Positions 1 to 9,625 of a stretch of 32,000 nucleotides of DNA are shown here, piece by piece. How positions within the stretch are numbered: the stretch's first letter is position 1; every line of letters begins with the position of its first letter. A program made the translations under genes and the position numbers. Source of the DNA: Paracoccus suum (GTDB lineage Bacteria; Pseudomonadota; Alphaproteobacteria; Rhodobacterales; Rhodobacteraceae); the NCBI RefSeq assembly GCF_003324675.1, contig NZ_CP030918.1, forward strand, positions 2,670,001-2,702,000, given 5' to 3'. The notes under the pieces are model-generated. The model had not been told where the DNA came from. It saw only the letters and a list, made by a program, of their open reading frames with translations, and searched no databases.

Positions 1-195
1 GGGTCAGGCCTGCGTCCGAGCGCGCGGGGGGCCGATAGGCGTCGGCGCCGATGCAACCGTTCGGCTAAGACAGGTCTCGCGGGCCGCGCATATAAAAAAT
101 TACAGACTTTCGCCGGTGCAGCACTGGGCGGCTTTCCCCGCGTGGCGCCCTGTGGCAGATGCGACACCCAGACGGATCGTAACGGGGGCGGGCTC

Positions 196-1779
196 ATGCA
201 GCGGCGAGAGTTTCTGACGGCAGCGGCGGCCACGGGCGGAGCACTCTGGCTGGGAACGAGTGCCCTGGCCCAGGGCGCGGCGGAAATCGCCGCCACCACT
301 GATGGCGAGCCGGCCAAGGCTGCGCCAGTCTCACCGCCCCGACCATTCGGTTTTGACGACGTCGTCGCCATCGCCGAAGCCACCGCAGCCAAGAGCTTTG
401 TCGATCCCAAGGTGGATCTCGCGGGCATTTTTGCCAAGCTCAGCTACGACCAGTTTCGCGCCATCCGCTTTCGCCGTGATCACGACCCTTGGGCGGATCA
501 CAGCCGCTTCGGACTCGACCTGCTGCCGCCGGGCCTGCTCTACCGCGACCGGATCGAGATTAACATCGTCACGCCCGAGGGCGAGGCGCGGCCGATGCCG
601 TTCGACCCGCGCGCGCTGGACTTCCAGGCCGAGTTGTTCCCCGACCCCATCGATCTGGACGATATCGGAAAGATGGGTTGGTCCGGCTTCCGCCTGCGCA
701 CGACGCTGAACCGTCCCGACGTGCTGGACGAATTCGCCGTCTTTCAGGGCGCCAGCTACTTCCGCGCGGTGGCACGCGGCACGACATACGGTCTGTCCGG
801 GCGCGGGCTCGCGCTGAACACCGGCCTGCCCGAGGGCGAGGAGTTTCCGCTGTTTCGCGCCTTCTGGCTGCACACTCCGGGGGTAGCAGATGGCGCGCTG
901 ACCATCCACGGGCTGCTCGACAGCCCCTCGGTCGCCGGCGCCTACCAGTTCATCATGCGCCCCGGCGCCGATACGGTGATCGCAACCCGCGTCGCCCTGT
1001 TTCCGCGCAAGCGCCTTACGGCCGCCGGGATCGCGCCGCTGACATCGATGTTCTGGTTCAGCGATGCCGACCGCGACGGGATCGACGACTATCGCCGCGC
1101 AGTCCATGACAGCGACGGCCTGCAGATGATCACCGGCGGCGGCCGCCGGTTGTGGCGCGCCCTGTCCGGGCCGCCCACGCTGCAGCTTTCCGATTTCCAG
1201 GACGAGAACCCCGAAGGCTTTGGTCTCGCCCAGCGGCCCCGCAGCTTTGACGACTACCAGGACGCCGAGGCGCGCTACGAGACCCGTCCCTCGGCCTGGC
1301 TCGAGCCACATTCGCCTTGGGGCAAGGGTTCGGTCGGACTGGTCGAGATCCCGGTCGAGAACGAGTTTCACGACAACATCGTCAGCTTCTGGCGCCCGGG
1401 CGAGCCGCTGGAACCCGGCCGTCGGCATGATTTCGGCTATGACCTGATATTCTCGAAACTGCCGCCGGACCTCGCGCCGCTGGCGCGGGTGAATTCGACC
1501 CGCTCGGGCAAGTCGGTGAACAACCCGAATGCGCGCAGCTACTTCCTCGATTTCGACCTGGCGCCCTTCATCGGAATTGAGCCACGGATCACCATCACCA
1601 CCTCGGTCGGCGAGATCGGCCATAACTACGTGCAGCGTCTGGCGGCAGAGGATCGGCTGCGGCTTGCCTTCGACTTTCTGCCGGGCGATGCCCCCTTGGC
1701 CGACCTCAGCGCCAGCCTCAGCGCGCCTGACGGCACGGTGCTGACAGAGACGTGGATGGCGCGATGGGTCAAGGGCTGA
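196..1779 (+). CDS. opgG: Periplasmic glucan biosynthesis protein, OpgG/OpgD (MdoG/MdoD) family
   Basis: The long ORF 142..1779 resembles MdoG-family proteins along its length. The internal ATG at 196 gives MQRREFLTAAAATGGALWLGTSALAQG, a twin-arginine (RREFL) signal peptide, and is preceded by a G-rich RBS. The gene lies directly upstream of opgH. The start codon is inferred. Confidence 0.85.
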   Translation: MQRREFLTAAAATGGALWLGTSALAQGAAEIAATTDGEPAKAAPVSPPRPFGFDDVVAIAEATAAKSFVDPKVDLAGIFAKLSYDQFRAIRFRRDHDPWADHSRFGLDLLPPGLLYRDRIEINIVTPEGEARPMPFDPRALDFQAELFPDPIDLDDIGKMGWSGFRLRTTLNRPDVLDEFAVFQGASYFRAVARGTTYGLSGRGLALNTGLPEGEEFPLFRAFWLHTPGVADGALTIHGLLDSPSVAGAYQFIMRPGADTVIATRVALFPRKRLTAAGIAPLTSMFWFSDADRDGIDDYRRAVHDSDGLQMITGGGRRLWRALSGPPTLQLSDFQDENPEGFGLAQRPRSFDDYQDAEARYETRPSAWLEPHSPWGKGSVGLVEIPVENEFHDNIVSFWRPGEPLEPGRRHDFGYDLIFSKLPPDLAPLARVNSTRSGKSVNNPNARSYFLDFDLAPFIGIEPRITITTSVGEIGHNYVQRLAAEDRLRLAFDFLPGDAPLADLSASLSAPDGTVLTETWMARWVKG

Positions 1780-3920
1780 CAGGGGCGAGGCAGGTGGCAA
1801 GGGCCGCCGAAGCGGGGGCGCCGGGCGATCTCGCACCGCTGGCGCTGACAGCCCTGCCCCCGACGCCCCCCGAGGCGCCGCTGGAGATGCCCGCACAGGA
1901 GTTCTTTGGCGAGGTGCCGGAGGGGCCGGCCCGCCGCCCGGCCTCGACCGCGACCATCGGCGCGCGCGTTGTGACCTTTGGCCTGACCGCCATCATCGCC
2001 GGCGTCGGCTTCTGGCAGATGCTGCACGCCTTCGGCGGCGGCCCGACGCTAGCCCAGGGCGTCCTGCTGGTCCTGTTCACGCTGACCTTCGCCTGGATCG
2101 GGATGTCGTTCGCGTCGATGCTGGCGGGAGTCATCTTTCCGCCGCAGCCACGGGAGACGAGCGCGGAGAACAACGCCCGCGTCGCCGTCCTGATGCCGCT
2201 TTACCACGAGGATGCGGCCCGCTCGGCGGGTCTGCTGGCGGCGCTGGCAGCGGACCTCGAGGCCAACGGCCTTGGCAGCCGGGCCGAGATTTTCGTGCTC
2301 TCCGACAGCCGCAAGCCCGATGCTATCGCGGCCGAGATGCAGGCCATCGCCCAGCTCCGCGCGCTCTCGCCGGTGCCGGTCTGGTACCGCCGCCGCACCC
2401 GCCCGGAGGGGCGCAAGGCCGGCAACGTCGCCGAATTCGTGCGTCGCTGGGGCGGTCGCTACGAGCAGATGGTCGTCCTGGACGCCGACAGCATCATGAG
2501 CGGCGCGACGATTGCCGCCCTGTCGGACCGCATGGCGGCCGAGCCCAACGTTGGGCTGATCCAGACCATGCCGGTGCTGGTCGGCGGGCAGTCGGTCTTT
2601 GCCCGCGTCGTCCAGTTCGCCGGCCGCGTTTATGGCCCGGCCATCGCGCGCGGCATCAGCGCCTGGTCAGGAGATGACGGCAATTTCTGGGGCCACAATG
2701 CCATCATCCGCGTGCATGCCTTTGCCGAGTGTTGCGGTCTGCCGCTGCTGCCAGGCCGGCCGCCATGGGGCGGCGCGGTCCTCAGCCACGATTTCGTCGA
2801 GGCGGCGCTGATGCGGCGCGCCGGCTGGGCCGTCCGGCTGGACCACGACCTGCGCGGCAGCTTCGAGGGCACGCCGCCGACGCTGCTGGACATGGCGGTG
2901 CGCGAGCGGCGCTGGGCGCAGGGCAACCTGCAGCACCTCAAGGTGATCGGCGCGCGGGGCTTCAGCGCCATCAGCCGGGTGCATTTCACCATCGGCATCC
3001 TCGGGTTTCTGATGTCGCCGATCTGGCTGGGCATGATCCTCGTCGGGCTCGGCACGTCGCTCTACGCGCTGCTGGCGCGGCCCGACTATTTCCCTTCGAC
3101 GTACCAACTGTTCCCGGCCTGGCCCGTGTTCGATCCCGTCCCGCTGCGCTGGCTGTTCGTCGCGGCGATGTCGTTTCTGCTGCTGCCCAAGTTCGCCGCC
3201 GTGGCCCGCGCCTGGCGCCGGCCACTGGCCGAGAACGCCGGTGGCCGTGGCCGGGTGCTGATGTCGGCGCTGTTCGAGATCGTTCTGTCGACCCTGATCG
3301 CGCCTGTGCAGATGCTGACCCAGACCCGCCAGATTGGCGAGATCCTGCGCGGCCGCGATAGCGGATGGGAGGCGCAGGTCCGCGCCGGGCAGCTGCCCCC
3401 CTGGGGGGTCGTGCTGCGCCACCACTGGCTGCATGTCGCCATTGGCGTCGCCACGGTCATCATCCTGGCGCGTTTGGCGCCGGGCCAACTGGTCTGGCTG
3501 TCGCCGATCCTCGCCGGACTGATCCTGGCGCCCCTGACCTCGCGCTGGTCCGGCAGCCCGGTCCTCGGCCGCTGGACCCGTCGCCAGAACCTGCTCGTCA
3601 CCCCGGAAGAGCGTGAAATTCCGCCGATCATCACCGCCGCCGTCGCCTTGGGCCACAAACTGGCCGCCAGCATCGGCCAGGGCGATCTTATGGCGCGGAT
3701 GGCGACCGAGCCCGACGTCGCGGAGCGTCACCGCGCGTTGCTGCCCGTTGCCCTACCCGAGCGACCCTTGGCTGAACGGCTGGACGCGTTGACCGCGCGC
3801 GCCAAAATCGATGCCGCCGGCAGCCAGGCCGAAGCACTTGCCCTGCTGACCCCGGCCGAACGGGTGGCGGTGCTGTGCGATCCGGAGACCTTCTCTGCTT
3901 GGACCGGCCCCGCGCGCTGA
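1752..3920 (+). CDS. opgH: Glucans biosynthesis glucosyltransferase H (GT2, multi-pass membrane protein)
   Basis: GT2 signatures are present: VVLDADSIM (DxD), QTMP, HDFVEAALMRRAGW and RERRWAQGNLQH (QxxRW-like). Multiple hydrophobic segments flank the catalytic domain, and the gene is paired with opgG. The start is uncertain: 1752 overlaps opgG by 28 nt, and ATG codons at 1764 and 1887 are alternatives. Confidence 0.88.
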   Translation: MDGAMGQGLTGARQVARAAEAGAPGDLAPLALTALPPTPPEAPLEMPAQEFFGEVPEGPARRPASTATIGARVVTFGLTAIIAGVGFWQMLHAFGGGPTLAQGVLLVLFTLTFAWIGMSFASMLAGVIFPPQPRETSAENNARVAVLMPLYHEDAARSAGLLAALAADLEANGLGSRAEIFVLSDSRKPDAIAAEMQAIAQLRALSPVPVWYRRRTRPEGRKAGNVAEFVRRWGGRYEQMVVLDADSIMSGATIAALSDRMAAEPNVGLIQTMPVLVGGQSVFARVVQFAGRVYGPAIARGISAWSGDDGNFWGHNAIIRVHAFAECCGLPLLPGRPPWGGAVLSHDFVEAALMRRAGWAVRLDHDLRGSFEGTPPTLLDMAVRERRWAQGNLQHLKVIGARGFSAISRVHFTIGILGFLMSPIWLGMILVGLGTSLYALLARPDYFPSTYQLFPAWPVFDPVPLRWLFVAAMSFLLLPKFAAVARAWRRPLAENAGGRGRVLMSALFEIVLSTLIAPVQMLTQTRQIGEILRGRDSGWEAQVRAGQLPPWGVVLRHHWLHVAIGVATVIILARLAPGQLVWLSPILAGLILAPLTSRWSGSPVLGRWTRRQNLLVTPEEREIPPIITAAVALGHKLAASIGQGDLMARMATEPDVAERHRALLPVALPERPLAERLDALTARAKIDAAGSQAEALALLTPAERVAVLCDPETFSAWTGPAR

Positions 3921-3945
3921 GCCTGCCGCCCTGCCGGGCCGGAGG

Positions 3946-5544
3946 TCAGACCATCATTTCCTTGGTCGCGGTCAGCTTTAGCTCGGGATGGTCGCGCACC
4001 ACGCGGTCGATGTCCCATTGCAGCCGAGTCAGAAAGACCGGATCGCCGTCATGATCGGTCGCCATATGACCCTTGTTGACCTGTGCGAACCGGTCGATGG
4101 CATCCTTGTCGCCCGAAAGCCACCGGGCCGAGGTGAATTGCGAGCCCTCGAACCGCACCGGCAGCCCGTACTCCTGCTCGATCCGGCTCGCCAAAACCTC
4201 GAACTGCAGCGCGCCGACGACGCCGACGATAAAGCCGGAACCGAGCATCGGCTTGAACACCTTGGCCGCGCCTTCTTCGGCGAATTGCATCAGTGCCTTT
4301 TCCAGGTGCTTGGCTTTCATCGGGTCGCCCGCGCGCACGGTTTGCAGCAATTCGGGCGCAAAGCTGGGGATGCCGGTAAAGCGCAGCGCCTCGCCCTCTG
4401 TCAGCGCGTCGCCGATGCGGAGCTGGCCGTGGTTCGGGATGCCGATGATGTCGCCCGCCCAGGCCTCGTCCGCGAGGGCGCGGTCAGAGGCGAGGAACAG
4501 CACCGGATTGCTGACCGCCATCGGCTTTTTCGTGCGCACATGGGTCAGCTTCATCCCGCGCTCGAAATGGCCGGAGGCAAGGCGGACAAAGGCCACGCGA
4601 TCGCGGTGCTTGGGGTCCATGTTGGCCTGGACCTTGAAGACAAAGCCGGTGACCGAGGCCTCCTCGGGGGCGATCTCGCGCTCTGCTGCGTTCTGGGGCT
4701 GCGGCTCGGGGCCATGCTCGCCCATGCCCGTCATCAGTTCGCGCACGCCAAAGCTGTTGATGGCGCTGCCGAACCAGATCGGGGTCAGATGCCCTTCCCG
4801 AAAGGATTTTCGGTCGAAGGCAGGCAGCAACTCGCGCGCCATTGCGACCTCCTCGCGCAGGGTCGCAAGCTGCGCGGCTGGAATGTGGTCGGCGAGCTTC
4901 GGGTCGTCGAGGCCGGTGATCTGGACCGTCTCGGCGACCTTGTTGCGGTCGGCGCGGTCCATGATCTCCAGCCGGTCGTGCAGCAGGTCATAGGCGCCGA
5001 TGAACTCGCGCCCCATGCCGATCGGCCAGCTTGCGGGCGCGACGTCGATAGCGAGGTTTTCCTGGATCTCGTCGATGATCTCGAAGGTATCGCGGCTCTC
5101 GCGGTCCATCTTGTTGCAGAAGGTCAGGATCGGCAGATCGCGCAGGCGGCAGACCTCGAACAGCTTGCGCGTCTGGGATTCGACCCCTTTCGCACCGTCG
5201 ATCACCATGATTGCCGCATCCACGGCGGTCAGCGTGCGATAGGTATCCTCGGAAAAGTCGCTGTGGCCGGGGGTGTCCACCAGGTTGAAGCGGTAGTCGC
5301 CGAAATCGAACGACATGGCCGAGGCACTGACTGAAATCCCGCGCTCCTGCTCCATCTTCATGAAGTCGGACCGCGTGCGCCGCGCCTCGCCCTTGGCGCG
5401 GACCTGCCCCGCCATCTGGATCGCGCCGCCGAACAGCAGGAACTTCTCGGTCAGCGTGGTCTTGCCGGCGTCCGGGTGCGAGATGATCGCAAAGGTCCGG
5501 CGGCGGGCGATTTCGGTCGGCAGGGGGGCGCGGTTGTCCAGCAT
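3946..5544 (-). CDS. prfC: Peptide chain release factor 3 (translational GTPase)
   Basis: The N-terminus RRRTFAIISHPDAGKTTLTEK (G1), DTPGHSDF (G3) and NKMD (G4), together with overall length and layout, are typical of RF3. Confidence 0.95.
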   Translation of the reverse strand: MLDNRAPLPTEIARRRTFAIISHPDAGKTTLTEKFLLFGGAIQMAGQVRAKGEARRTRSDFMKMEQERGISVSASAMSFDFGDYRFNLVDTPGHSDFSEDTYRTLTAVDAAIMVIDGAKGVESQTRKLFEVCRLRDLPILTFCNKMDRESRDTFEIIDEIQENLAIDVAPASWPIGMGREFIGAYDLLHDRLEIMDRADRNKVAETVQITGLDDPKLADHIPAAQLATLREEVAMARELLPAFDRKSFREGHLTPIWFGSAINSFGVRELMTGMGEHGPEPQPQNAAEREIAPEEASVTGFVFKVQANMDPKHRDRVAFVRLASGHFERGMKLTHVRTKKPMAVSNPVLFLASDRALADEAWAGDIIGIPNHGQLRIGDALTEGEALRFTGIPSFAPELLQTVRAGDPMKAKHLEKALMQFAEEGAAKVFKPMLGSGFIVGVVGALQFEVLASRIEQEYGLPVRFEGSQFTSARWLSGDKDAIDRFAQVNKGHMATDHDGDPVFLTRLQWDIDRVVRDHPELKLTATKEMMV

Positions 5545-5635
5545 GGACGGCTAACTAGTCCGCGAGGGGGCGCGCGGCAAGGTTTCGCGGATGGTCCGGA
5601 CGCGCTATCATCGTGGAAAACCGAAGGGACAGGCG

Positions 5636-5992
5636 ATGCGCCACTTCATCATACTTGCGGCGGCGGCACTGGTGCTGCCGGCAGCGGCGGGGGCACAGCA
5701 ATGCAGCGGCTCGCCCACCAAGTTCCGGTGCCACGAAGCCGATGGCACCATCAGCGACGTCGAGATTCAGGGGCCGTTCACGCGGACCAAGGGCCGCAAC
5801 GCCAACACCGGCGAGACGTGGTCGCAGACTTCGCAAAAGACCGGGAAGCTGACCAAGACCACCGGGCGGGCAGCGGACGGGTCGAAATGGGAATGGACCA
5901 GCCAGACGATCGGCAGCCGGACCTTCACCCACGGGGTCGATTCGCGGGGCCGCAGCTTCAGCTATCAGTGCGATGCTTTCCGCTGTTACTGA
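5636..5992 (+). CDS. Small secreted hypothetical protein (118 aa) with a Cys pair at each end
   Basis: The ATG at 5636 follows GAAGGGACAGG. The signal peptide reads MRHFIILAAAALVLPAAAGAQQ. The mature part is T/G/K/S-rich with CSGSPTKFRC near the N-terminus and CDAFRCY at the C-terminus. GC3-rich codon usage matches the neighbouring genes. No family was recognised. Confidence 0.6.
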   Translation: MRHFIILAAAALVLPAAAGAQQCSGSPTKFRCHEADGTISDVEIQGPFTRTKGRNANTGETWSQTSQKTGKLTKTTGRAADGSKWEWTSQTIGSRTFTHGVDSRGRSFSYQCDAFRCY

Positions 5993-6001
5993 CGGAGAAG
6001 T

Positions 6002-6868
6002 TCAGGCGGCTGGCGCGCGCAGGGTCTGCGCCATCGTGGCAGCCCTGGCGATGATGTCCTGATCGAGGCCAGTCGCCCAGCCTGACGCGGCCAGATGAGT
6101 GGCTAGCCGTTCCGTCGCAAGATTGCCGGCCGCGCCGGGCGCATAGGGACAACCGCCAAGGCCGCCGACGGCGCTGTCGAACACACGGATGCCACGCGCC
6201 AGTGCCACGTCCACATTGTCGAGCGCCCGGCCGCCGGTGTCATGAAAATGACCAGCCAGAACCTGCGGCGGTGCCTCGTTGAGGACCGCCTCCAGCATCG
6301 CGTCGACCGCCTCGGGCGTGCCCCGGCCCAGAGTCTCGCCAAGGCTGACCTCGTGACAACCGAGCGCAAGCAGCGCCGCCACCGCCCGCGCGACGCTGGC
6401 TGGCGGCGTTCGCCCGTCGAAAGGGCAATCGGTCACGACGCTGACATAGCCGCGCAGACGCAGACCGTCGCCAAGGGCTGCCGTTGCCACGGGCGCAAGG
6501 CGGGCCAGCACCTCCTGTGTGCTGGCATTCAGGTTGGCACGAGAAAACCCCTCGGTCGCAGCAGCAAAGATCGCGACCTCGTCAGCGCCAGCCGCGCGGG
6601 CGGCGGTGTATCCCCGCATGTTGGGTGTCAGGACCGCATAGGCCACGCCGGGCCTGCGGGTGATGCCGGCCATGACTTCGGCGGCGTCGGCCATCTGCGG
6701 CACCCATTTCGGGCTGACAAAGCTGGTGGCCTCGATCCGCCGCAGGCCGCTGGTGGAGAGCAGGTCGATCAGCGCGATCTTGTCGACGGCCGGAATCAGC
6801 CGTGCCTCGTTCTGAAGGCCGTCGCGCGGGCCGACCTCGAAGATTTCGACGAAACCGGTGTCAGACAT
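6002..6868 (-). CDS. liuE: Hydroxymethylglutaryl-CoA lyase
   Basis: Motifs seen: EVGPRDGLQNE, HFHDTGG and GGLGGCPYAPGAAGN. The chosen start is the ATG at 6868 (MSDTGFVEIFEVGPRDG), which overlaps the upstream GST stop (ATGTCTGA). The longer ORF reaching 6994 has an implausible R-rich leader. Confidence 0.92.
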   Translation of the reverse strand: MSDTGFVEIFEVGPRDGLQNEARLIPAVDKIALIDLLSTSGLRRIEATSFVSPKWVPQMADAAEVMAGITRRPGVAYAVLTPNMRGYTAARAAGADEVAIFAAATEGFSRANLNASTQEVLARLAPVATAALGDGLRLRGYVSVVTDCPFDGRTPPASVARAVAALLALGCHEVSLGETLGRGTPEAVDAMLEAVLNEAPPQVLAGHFHDTGGRALDNVDVALARGIRVFDSAVGGLGGCPYAPGAAGNLATERLATHLAASGWATGLDQDIIARAATMAQTLRAPAA

Positions 6869-7532
6869 CTGGCAGCTCGTAAAATTCCTGGGCGTAGAGC
6901 CACGGCTCGCCTTTCGCTGGCAGCGCCGCCTGAAAAGCCGGACGCGCGGCGCAGCGGGAGGCATAGTCCGCGAGCGAGCCCTCCAGCCGGACAAAGCGCC
7001 CGGCGGTCCAGACCGACCAGCCGACGGCGCAGTCGACGCCCGAAAAGCCGTCCTCCATCAGCCAGTCTTGCCCCGCGACCGTGCCCTCGATCAGGCGCAG
7101 CATTCGCGCCAGGCGGGCCGTTTCCAGCCGCATGACGGTGGGCGAGCGGGTGGCTGGATCGCGCAGCATCAGGTGGCTTTGCGTCAGGCTGGCGATATGC
7201 TGGCCGATGGACTCCGCAAAATGCAGCCAGTCGAGCCAGCCAATCCGACCAGGGCTGCCCGGCGCGCGCCACAGATCCGGGGCACGCGTCTCGCACAGAT
7301 ATTCGATGATCGCGCCGGATTCGTGCAGCGTGTGGCCGTCGATCCGCATTGCCGGCACGCGTCCGCCGGGATGGATCGCGGCATAATCCGCGCCGCGCAT
7401 GTCCTTGCTGGTGATGTCCAGCACGCGCAGTTCGAACCGCATGTCCATTTCGTTCAGCAGCCACAGAACCCGCATCGAGCGCGACAGCGGCACATGCCAC
7501 AGGATCGGCATTTCTTCGGCGGCATCCATCAT
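6861..7532 (-). CDS. Glutathione S-transferase family protein
   Basis: It has a GST N-terminal thioredoxin-like pattern (ILWHVPLSRSMRVLWLLNE ... GRVPAM ... ESGAIIEYL) followed by a C-terminal helical domain. Its start ATG overlaps the mccA stop (ATGA). Confidence 0.8.
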   Translation of the reverse strand: MMDAAEEMPILWHVPLSRSMRVLWLLNEMDMRFELRVLDITSKDMRGADYAAIHPGGRVPAMRIDGHTLHESGAIIEYLCETRAPDLWRAPGSPGRIGWLDWLHFAESIGQHIASLTQSHLMLRDPATRSPTVMRLETARLARMLRLIEGTVAGQDWLMEDGFSGVDCAVGWSVWTAGRFVRLEGSLADYASRCAARPAFQAALPAKGEPWLYAQEFYELPDV

Positions 7533-9466
7533 GGCGCATCCTCCTCCAGCCGGATGAGCGGTGCCCCGGCCTCGACCTGATCGCCGGCGGCGGCCAGCAC
7601 CTCGGCCACCGTGCCGTCGCGGGCGGCGGTCAGCGTGTGCTCCATCTTCATCGCCTCCAGAACCGCGAGGCGGTCGCCGGCATGCACCTCGTCCCCGGCG
7701 GTGACATAGACCGCCTTCACCAGACCCGGCATGGGCGAGAGCGTCAGCCCGCCCCCGCCTGCCGCGCCCTGCCGGGCGAGCGGGTCGCGCAGGCCAAGGG
7801 TCAGCGATCGCCCGCCGAAGACGCTGACCCCAGCATCATGGCGCACGATGCGCGAGCGGCGCGGGCCGCCGTCGACCCACCAACGCCCGCCCGTATAGGC
7901 GATGTCGAGCGTGCTGCCGTCGACGGTAACATGGGCACGGCCGGGTCCCAGCACCTCCAGCAAGGCCTCGCCACCGCTGTCGGCATCGCCCCAGGCGATG
8001 GTGCGCCGCAACGGCTGCCACAGGGTCATGCCGCCGACCTTGGCCGGGTCGTCGAGCCCGGCCAGGCCGATGACGGCGAGGGCGCGGGTGCGCGCATCCG
8101 GCTGGGCAGCGTCGGTCAGCTCGGCGATGTCGCGGGCGATCAGGCCCGTGTCGACTTCGCCGCGGCGAAAACCCTCGTGCCGGGTCAGGGCGATCAAGAA
8201 ATCGACATTGGTGGTGGTGCCGGCAACCTCGGTATCGACGAGCGCGGTTTCCAGCGCCCGCAGCGCTATGGCGCGGGTGGCGCCATGGGTGACAACCTTC
8301 GCGATCATAGGATCATACCAGGGGCTGATCGTGTCGCCCTGCCGCACACCGGTCTCGATTCGTGCATTCTGCGGGAAGGCCAGATGCGCCAGACGGCCCG
8401 TAGCTGGCAGGAAGCCGGCTGGCACGTCCTCGGCATAGAGGCGCGCCTCGAAGGCATGGCCGGTGATCGACAACTCGTCCTGCCGCTTGGGCAGGAATTC
8501 TCCACTTGCGACGCGCAGCTGCCATTCGACCAGATCGACGCCAGTGATGGCCTCGGTCACGGGATGTTCGACCTGCAGGCGGGTATTCATCTCCATGAAC
8601 CAGAAGCGGTCTGGATGCAGGCCCTCGCTGGCGTCGACGATGAATTCGATGGTGCCGGCGCCGGAATAGCGGATCGCCTCGGCCGCGCGGGTGGCGGCCT
8701 TGCCCATCGCCTTGCGCATCTCCGGCGTCATCCCGGGGGCCGGGGCTTCCTCGATCACCTTCTGATGGCGGCGCTGCAGCGAGCAATCCCGCTCGAACAG
8801 ATGCACCGCGCGCACGCCGTCGCCGAATACCTGCACCTCGATATGGCGGGGTTGCTGGATGTATTTCTCGATCAGAACAGCAGGGTTGCCAAAGGCGGTC
8901 GCGGCCTCGCCTTGCGCGCTGGCAAGGGCGGCGGCGAAATCCGGGGCGCGCTCGACCAGACGCATGCCCTTGCCGCCGCCGCCCGCGACCGCCTTGATTA
9001 GGACCGGATAGCCGATCTGGTCAGCCTGCCGCTGCAGGTGGTCGGCATCCTGATTGGCACCCTGATAGCCCGGCACGACGGGAACGCCGGCCTCGGCCAT
9101 CAGCGTCTTGGCCGCGTCCTTGAGGCCCATGGCCCGGATGGCGCGAGCGTTGGGGCCGATGAACACCAGCCCGGCCGCCTCCACCGCATCAACGAAATCA
9201 GGGTTCTCGGACAGGAAGCCATAGCCGGGATGGATCGCCTCGGCACCGGTTTCCCTGGCGGCGGCGATGATCGCGTCGCCGCGCAGATAGCTGTCGCGGG
9301 GCGCCGGGCCGCCGATATGGACCGCCTCGTCCGCCATCGCGACGTGGCGCGCGGCGCGGTCGGCGTCAGAGTAGACGGCGACCGTCGTAACGCCGAGACG
9401 GCGGCAAGTGTCGATCACGCGGCAGGCAATCTCGCCGCGATTGGCGATCAGGATCTTGCGAAACAT
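7529..9466 (-). CDS. mccA: 3-methylcrotonyl-CoA carboxylase alpha subunit (biotin carboxylase plus biotinyl carrier)
   Basis: The N-terminus MFRKILIANRGEIACRV begins a biotin carboxylase/ATP-grasp domain. The C-terminal biotinylation motif EAMKME is present. The gene is clustered with mccB, ivd and HMG-CoA lyase. Confidence 0.93.
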   Translation of the reverse strand: MFRKILIANRGEIACRVIDTCRRLGVTTVAVYSDADRAARHVAMADEAVHIGGPAPRDSYLRGDAIIAAARETGAEAIHPGYGFLSENPDFVDAVEAAGLVFIGPNARAIRAMGLKDAAKTLMAEAGVPVVPGYQGANQDADHLQRQADQIGYPVLIKAVAGGGGKGMRLVERAPDFAAALASAQGEAATAFGNPAVLIEKYIQQPRHIEVQVFGDGVRAVHLFERDCSLQRRHQKVIEEAPAPGMTPEMRKAMGKAATRAAEAIRYSGAGTIEFIVDASEGLHPDRFWFMEMNTRLQVEHPVTEAITGVDLVEWQLRVASGEFLPKRQDELSITGHAFEARLYAEDVPAGFLPATGRLAHLAFPQNARIETGVRQGDTISPWYDPMIAKVVTHGATRAIALRALETALVDTEVAGTTTNVDFLIALTRHEGFRRGEVDTGLIARDIAELTDAAQPDARTRALAVIGLAGLDDPAKVGGMTLWQPLRRTIAWGDADSGGEALLEVLGPGRAHVTVDGSTLDIAYTGGRWWVDGGPRRSRIVRHDAGVSVFGGRSLTLGLRDPLARQGAAGGGGLTLSPMPGLVKAVYVTAGDEVHAGDRLAVLEAMKMEHTLTAARDGTVAEVLAAAGDQVEAGAPLIRLEEDAP

Positions 9467-9625
9467 CTGGCGGTCCTTTGCGGCAGCGCCGACGCCCGCG
9501 GGGCGTCAAGGTAAAACACGTCACGGACCAGCTCGCCTCGCTGGCGCATTGCACACCAAGCCCGCTGTGCGGACGGGCGGCCCCTCGGCGCGGCGTTATC
9601 GGTGCGAGCAAGCGTCATGGAACCA

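Noticed and set aside
142-195. The upstream ATG at 142 as the opgG start (MAPCGRCDTQTDRNGGGL...).
   Set aside because: This extension would bury the twin-arginine signal peptide, which begins at the ATG at 196. The internal start has a better RBS.
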